A stretch of 63,103 bases of DNA, filler included, from Candidatus Woesearchaeota archaeon (GTDB lineage: Archaea > Nanobdellota > Nanobdellia > Woesearchaeales > J072): assembly GCA_003695265.1 (NCBI GenBank). It is 6 parts of 6 records of this genome, joined end to end, with 100 filler letters (N's around TTAATTAATTAA, not from the genome) between each part and the next. Parts side by side here need not be neighbours in the genome. Positions count along the whole stretch, not along the records: positions 33,098 to 45,738 come from RFII01000083.1; positions 45,839 to 54,876 come from RFII01000084.1; 4 more parts are not named here. One strand, written 5' to 3'. The notes under the pieces are model-generated. The model was not told the origin of the DNA. It did no database searches and saw only the letters and a program-made list of their open reading frames with translations. Each line of letters begins with the position of its first letter. The stretch's first letter is position 1. The position numbers and the translations under genes are program-made. Positions 40,567-49,561 of the stretch are shown here, piece after piece.

Positions 40567-43377
40567 ATGAAGAAATATGCTATTCTTGGGATTATGATCT
40601 TTTTGATGTTAAATGTTGTTCTAGCTGATTCGGAATGCATTGTTAAAGATGTGGTTAAAGAAGGCGAAACAAAAACATACTCGGTAAATGATATTGATTA
40701 TGAGACAAGCGTTCTTGAAATATTTAAAGACACAGCAAAGTTCAGAGTGAATAGTGAAGTAACTGACTTTATTGGAGAAGAAGAGCGTGCTGCCTTATCT
40801 GATGGTATTGTAATCCAAGTTAATGAGATTAACGATGATGAGAATAATTCAGTCGAGTTATGCTTCAGGCAGGATAAAAAGCTTTGTGTTACTAGCACTG
40901 ATGAGAAAGGAACATATTATTGTGAGGATGACCAGGGAATTCATTATCCTTATTGTGATGGCAACACGCAAAAAACTTTCTTTTGTAACTTAAAAAATGA
41001 GTGCGAATTGGAGAAGGTTCCATGCCCAGATAACAAAGAATGTGTTGTTCGTGGATGGGGCACTGACTGTGTGGAGCATACCACAACAATATGCAAGGAC
41101 TCTGATGGTGGTAGGGATTATTACAAGAAAGGAAGCATTACAGACAATAATGGAAGAACAGAAACTGATTATTGTGCTGATGATAACCAGTTAGTAGAAT
41201 GGTACTGTACTGAAAGCTATGGGGTTGGAACAAATTATGAATACAAGGCTTGTTCTGATCTGGGAAAATATTATTGTGATGACGGCGCATGCGTTAAAAG
41301 AGAAGTTGAAATTAAAACAGGCCCTTGCGGAAGAGAAACTGCCTACGACGGTGAAATAAATTCAATAAATTTTGGCACAATTCACACTTGGTGGAGTAAG
41401 AGCTCAGATGGAAGAGGATGGCTGTATTACAGTACTTATGAGCCGGATTATTCAGGACCAAAATTATATATGGGAATTGCGGATGAGAAAAACATAAAGG
41501 AGGTGGATTGCAGTAAAGTCAAAATGGATTATGAAGGCCAAAACGGAGAAACAGCACTTCTTGTTTCAAATAATCAAATTGTTTGCATGAAACAAGACGG
41601 AAAATATGGCGCTCTAGTTCCAAAAGTCCAAACAAACAAGCATGATTACATTACAGACAAGCAGAAAGATTACATAAAGTATGATTGGTACTTCAACAGG
41701 AATGGCGGCGGAACTTTTGAGAGGTGCGGATGGGAAGACGAGAACAAATGCGGAGACGGCGTTTGTGACACAAACACAGAAAATAATTATAACTGTCCGC
41801 AGGACTGCGGCGGTATAAATGAAGGTCCAAGTGTTGATGTTAATGTTGAGCCTTACAGCCAAACAGTTGAAGGAGGAGATATTGCTTCTTACAAAATAAT
41901 AATAACTGACAAGAGGCCTTTAGTTAAGTGTCATGATAAAGAGAACTGCGCTCAGGTAAAGGTTGATTATTACATTGACGTTTCCGGCCTGCCTTTCGAG
42001 GCAGAGTATGATAAAACAGCAACATTAGGCCCTAGTGAGTCTACAGCGATTGGGCTTGACATTTACACAAAAAGAAGGAGTATTACACCAAAGCCATTAA
42101 AACTAAAGCCGATAAGAACCCAAACAAGACAGGTCGTTGACAAGACTGAAGAAGGGTCAGCTAATGAGTATAATTCTTTTATAAAATGCAAAGACACTGA
42201 CAACAGCCCAAACTATATGAAAGTCAGGCCGAAATACCCCTTGAGTCCTGAAACTAATCCTGACTTTTTTGTAAAGGGCCTGGCTGTTGGGAAATACGTT
42301 GGGTTATCTTCAGGCAATAGAGTTTACACAGATGCTGGCGTTTCAAAAGCAACAAGTGATCCTTACAGCACGTATTATGACCATTGCCAAAATAAGGATC
42401 AATTGAACGAGGCTTACTGCGTTGGAGACGGAAAGTTTGCCTCATTAGGGATTAGTTGCCCAAACGGATGTAAGGACGGAGCTTGTGTCAAACCAGGAGT
42501 TCCAAACAATACAGGAAGCGCAAGCCCTGTTGTAATGAAAACAGGAACAAACGTTGCTGCTTCAAGCCCTTCATTAATGAAATTAATGCTGTTTGAGAAC
42601 ACAGAATCAGAACCTGGAGTGTTGGCTAATGTTAAACAGGCTGTTGAGACAAAAATAAGGTTGGCTTCAGCACAAACAATTAACAAAAACAAAGTTGAAG
42701 GTTATTATAATTTTAAGGTTGGTGTGAAAGGCAGTGATGGAAGCTATGACAGTGTTAACGCCATCTTAATCGTTAAAGGAGTTGAAGTAGAATATCCTGA
42801 TGAGCCAGACATTCTCCCGCCGCCTCTGCCAGAAGAAGAGTTCAAAGTAAAATTGGAGAGAGGATGGAATCTTGTTGGGATTCCAGGAACATTACAAAGG
42901 TTTATGACAAGTGAATGCACGAAAGACAAGAAACTAATTGCGTTTGTTTACTTAAAGGAAGAGGGAAAATATGTCACATTACAAGAAGCAAAAAGGTTTT
43001 ATGGCACAGAACTTGGCGAGTTCCTGGCAAAGAATGCCATATGGATTTACGCGTACGAATCATGTAACTTAGAGGCTGTTCTTAAGGAAAGAACAATATT
43101 AAATAATATTTACTTAACGCCCGGCTGGAATATGATCCCAATAACTCATGAAATGATAGGCAAAAGCTTTGACGAGTTGTTTGGAGAATGCAGTTTGGAA
43201 AGAGTTTACTCATGGGACAAACATAACCAGGAGTGGCATAACCTTGAAACAAGCGGAAAATTATTGCATGAGAATATGATAAATCAAGGTATAATTGTGA
43301 AAGTTGGTGATTATTGCAGGCTTGGCTCATATGGTATTCTAACACCACCATCACTTCCAGAAGAGGAGGTGGTTTAA
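40567..43377 (+). CDS. Secreted Cys-rich surface protein, paralog of 37863-40433
   Basis: AGGTGA SD; two CxD[ST]D..KG..D.C..QL.E.YC..C.DGACV modules; CGDGVC; shared GWNL domain; ends TPPSLPE. Confidence 0.8.
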   Translation: MKKYAILGIMIFLMLNVVLADSECIVKDVVKEGETKTYSVNDIDYETSVLEIFKDTAKFRVNSEVTDFIGEEERAALSDGIVIQVNEINDDENNSVELCFRQDKKLCVTSTDEKGTYYCEDDQGIHYPYCDGNTQKTFFCNLKNECELEKVPCPDNKECVVRGWGTDCVEHTTTICKDSDGGRDYYKKGSITDNNGRTETDYCADDNQLVEWYCTESYGVGTNYEYKACSDLGKYYCDDGACVKREVEIKTGPCGRETAYDGEINSINFGTIHTWWSKSSDGRGWLYYSTYEPDYSGPKLYMGIADEKNIKEVDCSKVKMDYEGQNGETALLVSNNQIVCMKQDGKYGALVPKVQTNKHDYITDKQKDYIKYDWYFNRNGGGTFERCGWEDENKCGDGVCDTNTENNYNCPQDCGGINEGPSVDVNVEPYSQTVEGGDIASYKIIITDKRPLVKCHDKENCAQVKVDYYIDVSGLPFEAEYDKTATLGPSESTAIGLDIYTKRRSITPKPLKLKPIRTQTRQVVDKTEEGSANEYNSFIKCKDTDNSPNYMKVRPKYPLSPETNPDFFVKGLAVGKYVGLSSGNRVYTDAGVSKATSDPYSTYYDHCQNKDQLNEAYCVGDGKFASLGISCPNGCKDGACVKPGVPNNTGSASPVVMKTGTNVAASSPSLMKLMLFENTESEPGVLANVKQAVETKIRLASAQTINKNKVEGYYNFKVGVKGSDGSYDSVNAILIVKGVEVEYPDEPDILPPPLPEEEFKVKLERGWNLVGIPGTLQRFMTSECTKDKKLIAFVYLKEEGKYVTLQEAKRFYGTELGEFLAKNAIWIYAYESCNLEAVLKERTILNNIYLTPGWNMIPITHEMIGKSFDELFGECSLERVYSWDKHNQEWHNLETSGKLLHENMINQGIIVKVGDYCRLGSYGILTPPSLPEEEVV

Positions 43378-43668
43378 GTGCTGAAACATGTTTTTCCTAT
43401 TTTTTTTGTTTTATTAATTATTTTATTGGTTAGCTGCACAACAAGCACTTCATGTGATTCTGGAATGTACACTGGGGACGGCAAATGCTGCAATTATGTT
43501 TGTGATATTGATTGCGAGCACGGCTACAAGGAAGGAAGCTGCAACTGTGAATGCTTAAGTATAAACAGCAATGGGCAAAATGATTCTGGCCAAGACCAGG
43601 ATTTAGGCATTGATGACGTTTTTGGCAATAACACTAATATTCAGCCACCACCTATAATCCCACAATAG
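43378..43668 (+). CDS. Small Cys-rich lipoprotein
   Basis: GGAGGTG SD, GTG start, LVSC lipobox, ends QPPPIIPQ. Confidence 0.65.
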   Translation: MLKHVFPIFFVLLIILLVSCTTSTSCDSGMYTGDGKCCNYVCDIDCEHGYKEGSCNCECLSINSNGQNDSGQDQDLGIDDVFGNNTNIQPPPIIPQ

Positions 43669-44356
43669 TCTTTTTTATATTTTCTTCATCTACCTTCAAA
43701 CCGTGTTTCCTGAAGAACCTGCAAATGTTTCTTACGTCTCTGTCAAGGTATTCTCGAGAATTAGGATCCTCTAAAGGAGTTAAAGTTGACACGTCAATAA
43801 ACACCGGCTTTTCTTCATGGTTGAGAATGTTAAATTCTGAAAGGTCACCATGGACAAACCCAGACTCATAAATTTTCTTCATGCCATAAATTATATCATT
43901 AAAGAATCTCTTTAAATCTCTTGGAACAGCATCTTTCAGTTTCGGGCTTACATACTCATTCCCAATGCATTCAATTACAAGGATGTTGTCCTTGAATGCA
44001 AAAGGTTGTGGCACGCGAACAATCTTTTCTAAAATCAGAAGGTTCCTATACTCTCTTTTGCACCATGCAAATATCACTTTTCTTTTCTGCTTTTTAAGCC
44101 CTTGAAAGCGTGGGTCGCTCTTAATGTAATTGTACATCCTGTTAAAATCAGCTGTTTCTAAGCGGTAAATTTTTAATATTACGCGTGATTTGTCCTTTCT
44201 CAAAGCAGTAAATATATTCGCTTCCTTTCCAATGCTTACTGGGCTTTCAAGATCATAAAATATTCCTTTTGACTGCAAGATAAACAGGTTTCTAAGCGTG
44301 AACTCATCAAAAACGTTCTTGTAAGTCTTGAATTTCTCTCTTGTTATTTTTGGCAT
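43652..44356 (-). CDS. rio1: RIO1 family kinase
   Basis: SIGKEANIF, LKIYR, WCKREYRNL, VHGDLSEFNIL, IDV. Confidence 0.95.
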   Translation of the reverse strand: MPKITREKFKTYKNVFDEFTLRNLFILQSKGIFYDLESPVSIGKEANIFTALRKDKSRVILKIYRLETADFNRMYNYIKSDPRFQGLKKQKRKVIFAWCKREYRNLLILEKIVRVPQPFAFKDNILVIECIGNEYVSPKLKDAVPRDLKRFFNDIIYGMKKIYESGFVHGDLSEFNILNHEEKPVFIDVSTLTPLEDPNSREYLDRDVRNICRFFRKHGLKVDEENIKKTIVGL

Positions 44357-44512
44357 TGGAATTATTATAAATTAGCTTTTATTTTTAAATTGTTTGAAAA
44401 TGCTTAGCAAAATAGAAGAATCACTTATAACAATCAAGATATATCAAAAGATTTAAATGCTTGGCAGGATTACCAACACTTTCAGGGTGATAAACTTTTT
44501 TGAGGTGATAAA

Positions 44513-45442
44513 ATGAAGCATTTGTTGGCCCTGAAAGACCTGACTTCTAATGAAATCCTGTTTTTGATTGACAAGGCAATTGAAATCAAGAAAAACCCAG
44601 AAAAATACTCAACAGCAATGAAAGACAAAACACTCCTAATGATCTTTGAAAAGCCCTCTTTAAGAACAAGGCTAAGCTTTGAAACAGGCATGACGCAGAT
44701 GGGCGGCCACGCCATATTCTACAGCATAAAAGATTCTCCTCTCGGAAAAAAAGAAAGCATTCACGACACTGCAAAAACAGCCTCTAGATACGTTGACATA
44801 ATAATGGCAAGGCTTAACAAGTTCACAGACTTAAAGGAGCTTGCAGACAACTCATCCGTGCCAGTAATAGACGCTCTTTCAGATATGAACCACCCCTGCC
44901 AGATAATCTGCGACCTTCAAACAATTAAAGAAAAAAAAGGAAAGCTAAAAGGCTTGACATTAACATACATGGGCGATTCCGAAAACAACGTAACCTACTC
45001 CTTAATGCACGGCTGCGCATTAGTCGGTATGAACATAAAAATAGGATGCCCAAATGACAAAAGGTTTATGCCTAAGGAATCAGTTATCCAAGAAGCAGAA
45101 GAAATAGCAAAGAAAACAGGTTCAACAGTTAAGATAATACACGACCCGATCGAAGCTGTTAAAAATGCTGATATAGTTTACACAGACTCATGGATGTCAT
45201 ACCACATTCCTGAATCAGAGCAGGAAGAGCGCATTAAGGTTTTAAAGCCGTTCCAAGTTAATTCTGAGCTTATGAAACACGCAAAAAAAGACGCTTTGTT
45301 TATGAACTGTCTTCCAGCGATGAGGGGCTTCGAGCAGACAGCCGACGTTATTGACGGTCCGCAAAGCATTGTGTTTGACCAGGCAGAAAACAGGCTTCAC
45401 GCGCAAAAAGCAATAATCTTGTGGCTTTTAGGCAAGATTTAG
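44513..45442 (+). CDS. argF: Ornithine carbamoyltransferase
   Basis: FEKPSLRTRLSF, HPCQ, YTDSWMS, NCLPA, QAENRLH. Confidence 0.93.
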   Translation: MKHLLALKDLTSNEILFLIDKAIEIKKNPEKYSTAMKDKTLLMIFEKPSLRTRLSFETGMTQMGGHAIFYSIKDSPLGKKESIHDTAKTASRYVDIIMARLNKFTDLKELADNSSVPVIDALSDMNHPCQIICDLQTIKEKKGKLKGLTLTYMGDSENNVTYSLMHGCALVGMNIKIGCPNDKRFMPKESVIQEAEEIAKKTGSTVKIIHDPIEAVKNADIVYTDSWMSYHIPESEQEERIKVLKPFQVNSELMKHAKKDALFMNCLPAMRGFEQTADVIDGPQSIVFDQAENRLHAQKAIILWLLGKI

Positions 45443-45484
45443 CAAAAAACTTTAAATACAGCAGTTTAATCTCTCTATGTTTAC

Positions 45485-45738
45485 GGACCTGTAGCCTAGT
45501 CTGGCAAACCTTATCAGGTTTGATCGAGCTGTGTGGCGTGCGCTCACTCTGTTCGCTTAGCCACACGAGAATCTGCTTGATAAGAATTGGGCAAATAAGG
45601 CGACGGCCTTCTACGCTTCGCGCGGAAAGCCGTAGATCGGGGGTTCGAAACAAACTTTTTCGCTAGTTACGCTCGGCAAAGGTGCTCAGAAATTGTATAT
45701 TTCTGGCACCCCAGAAATGTGCGAAGCACATTTCTCGT
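45485..45738 (+). tRNA. tRNA-Arg(TCT) with three introns: D-loop 45505-45594, anticodon 45614-45627, T-loop from 45650 into the gap (3' end missing)
   Basis: GGACCTG TA GCCT AGTCTGG|ATA AGGC G ACGGC CT TCT A|A GCCGT AGATC GGGGG TTCGAA|. Confidence 0.85.
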
Positions 45739-45945
45739 NNNNNNNNNNNNNNNNNNNNNNNNNNNNNNNNNNNNNNNNNNNNTTAATTAATTAANNNNNN
45801 NNNNNNNNNNNNNNNNNNNNNNNNNNNNNNNNNNNNNNATTATAAAACTCTCATTTTTTTAAGTTGAAATAAACTCTTTTTATGATTATTGCAGTGGCCG
45901 TTCTAAGAATTTTGTAATGTTTTAACACAACAAATTTTTTGCTTA

Positions 45946-47748
45946 TCAAAACTTTACTCTGCTCTTTTTTCTATCATAAAAAGCGTCTAAGTCTTCTGAA
46001 TTCGGGAATGGAATTGGTGGTATTGGCTCCAAATGCTTGACATAAGTAATATTGTCGACCAAGGCTGAAGGAACGCTAACAGTTTCAGGCACTTCTCCGC
46101 TTTCTGAGCCGCAAATGCCATACACGTATTCTGCTTCCTCACCTAAACCAATAAGGCCTGACAATGATCCTGAAAGAGTGCTTCTAATATCAACATCTCT
46201 GACAGGCGTGACTGTGTTCTTCCTGACATCATGCAGTAGTATGAAAGGGCTTATTCCGACCCAAACACCTTCATCTGTTTGAGTGTAACCTCCGTTTATG
46301 TCAATAACTTCTAAATATTTTGAGCTTCTTCCTCTTTGCCTAGCAATTCTCCTCGCAATCACCCTTAACTTATCTTCAGGATAAGAATACCCTTCAGATG
46401 CTTCAATACTGACAAAAGATGTTCTCGGCTGTGGAACTGTTGCAAGAGTCGCGCTTGAAAAAGGATACATGAACTCAAAAAAAGCGTCCCTTGGAGTGCC
46501 GTACTCCATTCTCATGTTACCCATGGGCTCTGTCTCAAAGTAAGCAGCGCTTCTCCTGCTGTGCAGCAAATTATGCAGCTTTCCGTCAGAAACCACCTGA
46601 ACTTCTTTGACTGGAGTTCCCTCATCATCAAAAAGAGAAGTCCCAAAACCGCCGTGCTTCCTAGACTGAGCTCCGAAAACCCAAACGTTGAAAGGGTAAT
46701 CGCTCAGCTTTTGCCCTATTCTTCCTAATGAGGCAAGCCTGTCATTTATGAATTCCTCACCATCAATGCCATGAGCATACAATGACTCATGAAAATATGT
46801 TGATGCAGCTGCGGGCCTTAATAATGAAAGGTACGTTCCGGGCTCTAATGCCTCTGCAAGCCTGAAAGCATCAACGTTCTTGATAAACCTATCAAAATAA
46901 TTTGCCATGAGCAGTCTGAAATTCACGTCTTTAGGGTATATTAATGGGGCGTGTGCCCTAACAACCTGGTCAGGTATGCTATCCCTAAGGTACTGCGCGT
47001 ACAGGCTGATAATTCCGAACTGGTCCCACTTATGAATCATCTTAGTCGTAAGGTGTCTCCTGTTCACAGACTCAGAACCGAGCTTGTCAGAATTAACTTC
47101 TACAACAACCTGCCTTACATGCGCGTTGTAGACATGGCCCGAAGCAAAAGACCCTGCTATTGTCTCCCATTCAGGGTCTAAGTCCCTTATCTGAGCAGTC
47201 AGCTTTCTAACTATCTTTGCTAGCGAAAAATAAGCTGATTCCCATGCTTTCTGCCTTCTCATCCCCCTCCTAACATCCTCAAAATTCACATTTGGTGTTG
47301 GCCCGAATGTCTGCGGCTTCATCCATGGAGCCCTTGCCCTGAAATGCTTTTGGAGGTCATAATCCTGAGCAGCCCTAAAGCACGCTATTCTCAGCAGGAA
47401 ATTTATCTCATCCAATTCCCTGCCATTCGAGTTTGCAGAAATATCCAGCGGCGCTGCATGGGCTGCATGCCCAATCCCAAAGCCCAGCTCAGGATTTTCA
47501 GGGTCGTAAAGGCAGACAGTAATCCCCTCCTGGCACACCCATTCGCTGCTGCTCGACCTTTTTTCTCCAAGAGTCATTCCATTTCTTGCAGCCACGTCCC
47601 AGTCATTAGCGTAAGACCATCTAAAATTTACGTGCTGTATTGCCAGGCCTGATCTTGAGCTCCTCTCAGAAGAAGAATGGCTGTCCAGCAAAATTTCTGT
47701 GAGGTGCTTTCTCACGCGCTTTGTTATAGTGTCAGTAACTCTTCCCAT
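45946..47748 (-). CDS. Divergent TldD-like metalloprotease
   Basis: FHESLYAH, FDDEGTP, GNMR, PQPRTS, GICGSESG.VP. Confidence 0.75.
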   Translation of the reverse strand: MGRVTDTITKRVRKHLTEILLDSHSSSERSSRSGLAIQHVNFRWSYANDWDVAARNGMTLGEKRSSSSEWVCQEGITVCLYDPENPELGFGIGHAAHAAPLDISANSNGRELDEINFLLRIACFRAAQDYDLQKHFRARAPWMKPQTFGPTPNVNFEDVRRGMRRQKAWESAYFSLAKIVRKLTAQIRDLDPEWETIAGSFASGHVYNAHVRQVVVEVNSDKLGSESVNRRHLTTKMIHKWDQFGIISLYAQYLRDSIPDQVVRAHAPLIYPKDVNFRLLMANYFDRFIKNVDAFRLAEALEPGTYLSLLRPAAASTYFHESLYAHGIDGEEFINDRLASLGRIGQKLSDYPFNVWVFGAQSRKHGGFGTSLFDDEGTPVKEVQVVSDGKLHNLLHSRRSAAYFETEPMGNMRMEYGTPRDAFFEFMYPFSSATLATVPQPRTSFVSIEASEGYSYPEDKLRVIARRIARQRGRSSKYLEVIDINGGYTQTDEGVWVGISPFILLHDVRKNTVTPVRDVDIRSTLSGSLSGLIGLGEEAEYVYGICGSESGEVPETVSVPSALVDNITYVKHLEPIPPIPFPNSEDLDAFYDRKKSRVKF

Positions 47749-47840
47749 TATCAGCTACACTTCACATTATCAAAATACTAATTGAAGAGCTGAGAAAAAA
47801 CATCTTTATTAAAAACATTTCTATCTTGCAGTGATTAAAT

Positions 47841-48254
47841 TTAGGATGCGTGCGTTCTTCTGCGCCTTGTAATGTGAATTGTTCTGGTTTTTTGTTTTGG
47901 AACGGGTTTTGCGATTATTGTCTTGTTAGTGGAGCTCTCATTTTTTTTGGAAACAGAACTTTTCGTGGTATTGTCTTTTTTTGTGTTGGAACTGTCCTTT
48001 TCTGAAGTGTTATGGGAAATGTTGCTGGGCGTTATTGTAATGTTTTTTGTTATGTTTTCTGTTGCGTTCCTTGGCGTGCCTGTTTTTTCTGTGTCAATAA
48101 TTGCTGCGTTCAGCTCATCCAGAATTTTCTGCTGTTCTCTCAGGCTGTCCTCATACTTTTTTTGTGCGAAGCCAAACGCGAACACATTCGCAACTATGAA
48201 TATGAACAGCACTAACGAAACACCCACTGAAACCTTTAGTTTCTCAAATGTCAT
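47841..48254 (-). CDS. Membrane-anchored protein with T/N/K-rich linker ending RRRRTHAS
   Basis: N-terminal TM, low-complexity stalk; 4-nt overlap with upstream gene. Confidence 0.75.
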   Translation of the reverse strand: MTFEKLKVSVGVSLVLFIFIVANVFAFGFAQKKYEDSLREQQKILDELNAAIIDTEKTGTPRNATENITKNITITPSNISHNTSEKDSSNTKKDNTTKSSVSKKNESSTNKTIIAKPVPKQKTRTIHITRRRRTHAS

Positions 48255-49561
48255 CTGAACTCAAACTCCTCCGCATGTATTCTATTTTTTGGAACGCCAA
48301 AGCTTATAAGCCCTTTTATTATGCTTTTTTTAAGCCTTGAGGGGCCGCACAGATAAAAATCCTTGTTTTTCAGGCTGCCGCTGATCTTTATTATGTCCTG
48401 CACCTTAAGGTGCCCTTTTACACTGCTCTGCCACGGTATGAGCCTAAAATTGCTTGTTTTCTGCTCGATTTCCCTCAGCTCGTCGAGGCAGACGAAGTCA
48501 GAGCTTTCCTTGCACGAGTAAAAAAAGTCCACCCTGTTTTTGCGATGATTAAACAAAAGGTCTTCTGCCATCCCAATAAAGGGAGTTACGCCTATGCCGC
48601 CGCATACCCACACCTGGTCGTTATCGTTATCTTCATAGTTAAACCTGCCGTAAGGCCCTTCAAGAGAAACATAGTCCCCTACTTTTAGGTTAAGAAGTTC
48701 GCCGGTAAAATCTCCCAGCCTTTTTATTATCAGCTTGATTACAGGATTATTTGATTTTGATGCTATTGAGAATGGGTGTGCTTCCTCGCTCAGCCTTTCA
48801 TTATAAAACCTTACAAAAACGAACTGCCCTGACTTATAGCTTATTGGCTTGTGCTCAGGAGCCATTTGAATCTCATAGGTTGCCTCGTTTCTCTTTTTTA
48901 TTGACACAATCTTATATTTGGCGGCTTTGAACAATCTGTCTTTTATGAGCAGGCTGTATGAGAACCCAAAAATTCCTATCGTTGAAACAATTCCTGCATA
49001 AGCATAATAACCTTTAAAAATAAGGTCTCTTGAAGCGTCACCCCTTACCAAGAATGTGTGCAGCACAGCAAAGATGAAAACCAAGCCCAAAAACTCATGG
49101 GAGAACTTCCAGTCATCATACTTTATTTTGCTGAACAATGTGAGTGATATAAGGATTATAAAGCCAATAATTGCTATTATCCCAAAATTCACAGACCAAT
49201 GCGAGCTGGGCAAAAGGTAAATGGCTGCCTGCTTAAAATTTTCAGGGATGAATTTCAAGACAAGCAGGATAGGATGAAAGAGTATAAGAATGAAAGCTGT
49301 GCCGCCGAGAATCCCATGGGCAACATACACCTTGTCAAGACCGTCGAAAACATCCTCAATAAACCTGATTCTTGTTGAGAGCATGAAAGTAAGGGCAAAC
49401 ATCGTCATTCCAACCAAAGCAGTTAATTCGCCCAAGCTGTGTGTTATGGATGAGAAGCTAGTCAGCTCCTCTGCGCCAGGCCCGAGAAAAAACCATAAGA
49501 ATGCAGGCGTAAAAGAGAGCAAAAGAATCACAGCCCAACCAAGAAAAGTCTTTAGTCTCAT
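48251..49561 (-). CDS. Ferric reductase-like flavocytochrome (TM heme + FAD + NAD(P)H domains)
   Basis: 6 TM with four His; GQFVF, HPFSIAS, EGPYG, GGIGVTPF, LCGP, EEFEF. Confidence 0.92.
   Translation of the reverse strand: MRLKTFLGWAVILLLSFTPAFLWFFLGPGAEELTSFSSITHSLGELTALVGMTMFALTFMLSTRIRFIEDVFDGLDKVYVAHGILGGTAFILILFHPILLVLKFIPENFKQAAIYLLPSSHWSVNFGIIAIIGFIILISLTLFSKIKYDDWKFSHEFLGLVFIFAVLHTFLVRGDASRDLIFKGYYAYAGIVSTIGIFGFSYSLLIKDRLFKAAKYKIVSIKKRNEATYEIQMAPEHKPISYKSGQFVFVRFYNERLSEEAHPFSIASKSNNPVIKLIIKRLGDFTGELLNLKVGDYVSLEGPYGRFNYEDNDNDQVWVCGGIGVTPFIGMAEDLLFNHRKNRVDFFYSCKESSDFVCLDELREIEQKTSNFRLIPWQSSVKGHLKVQDIIKISGSLKNKDFYLCGPSRLKKSIIKGLISFGVPKNRIHAEEFEFR

Noticed and set aside
45485..45738. 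Split or permuted tRNA-Arg genes lacking 3' halves
   Set aside because: Both genes simply run into assembly gaps inside a repeated intron.
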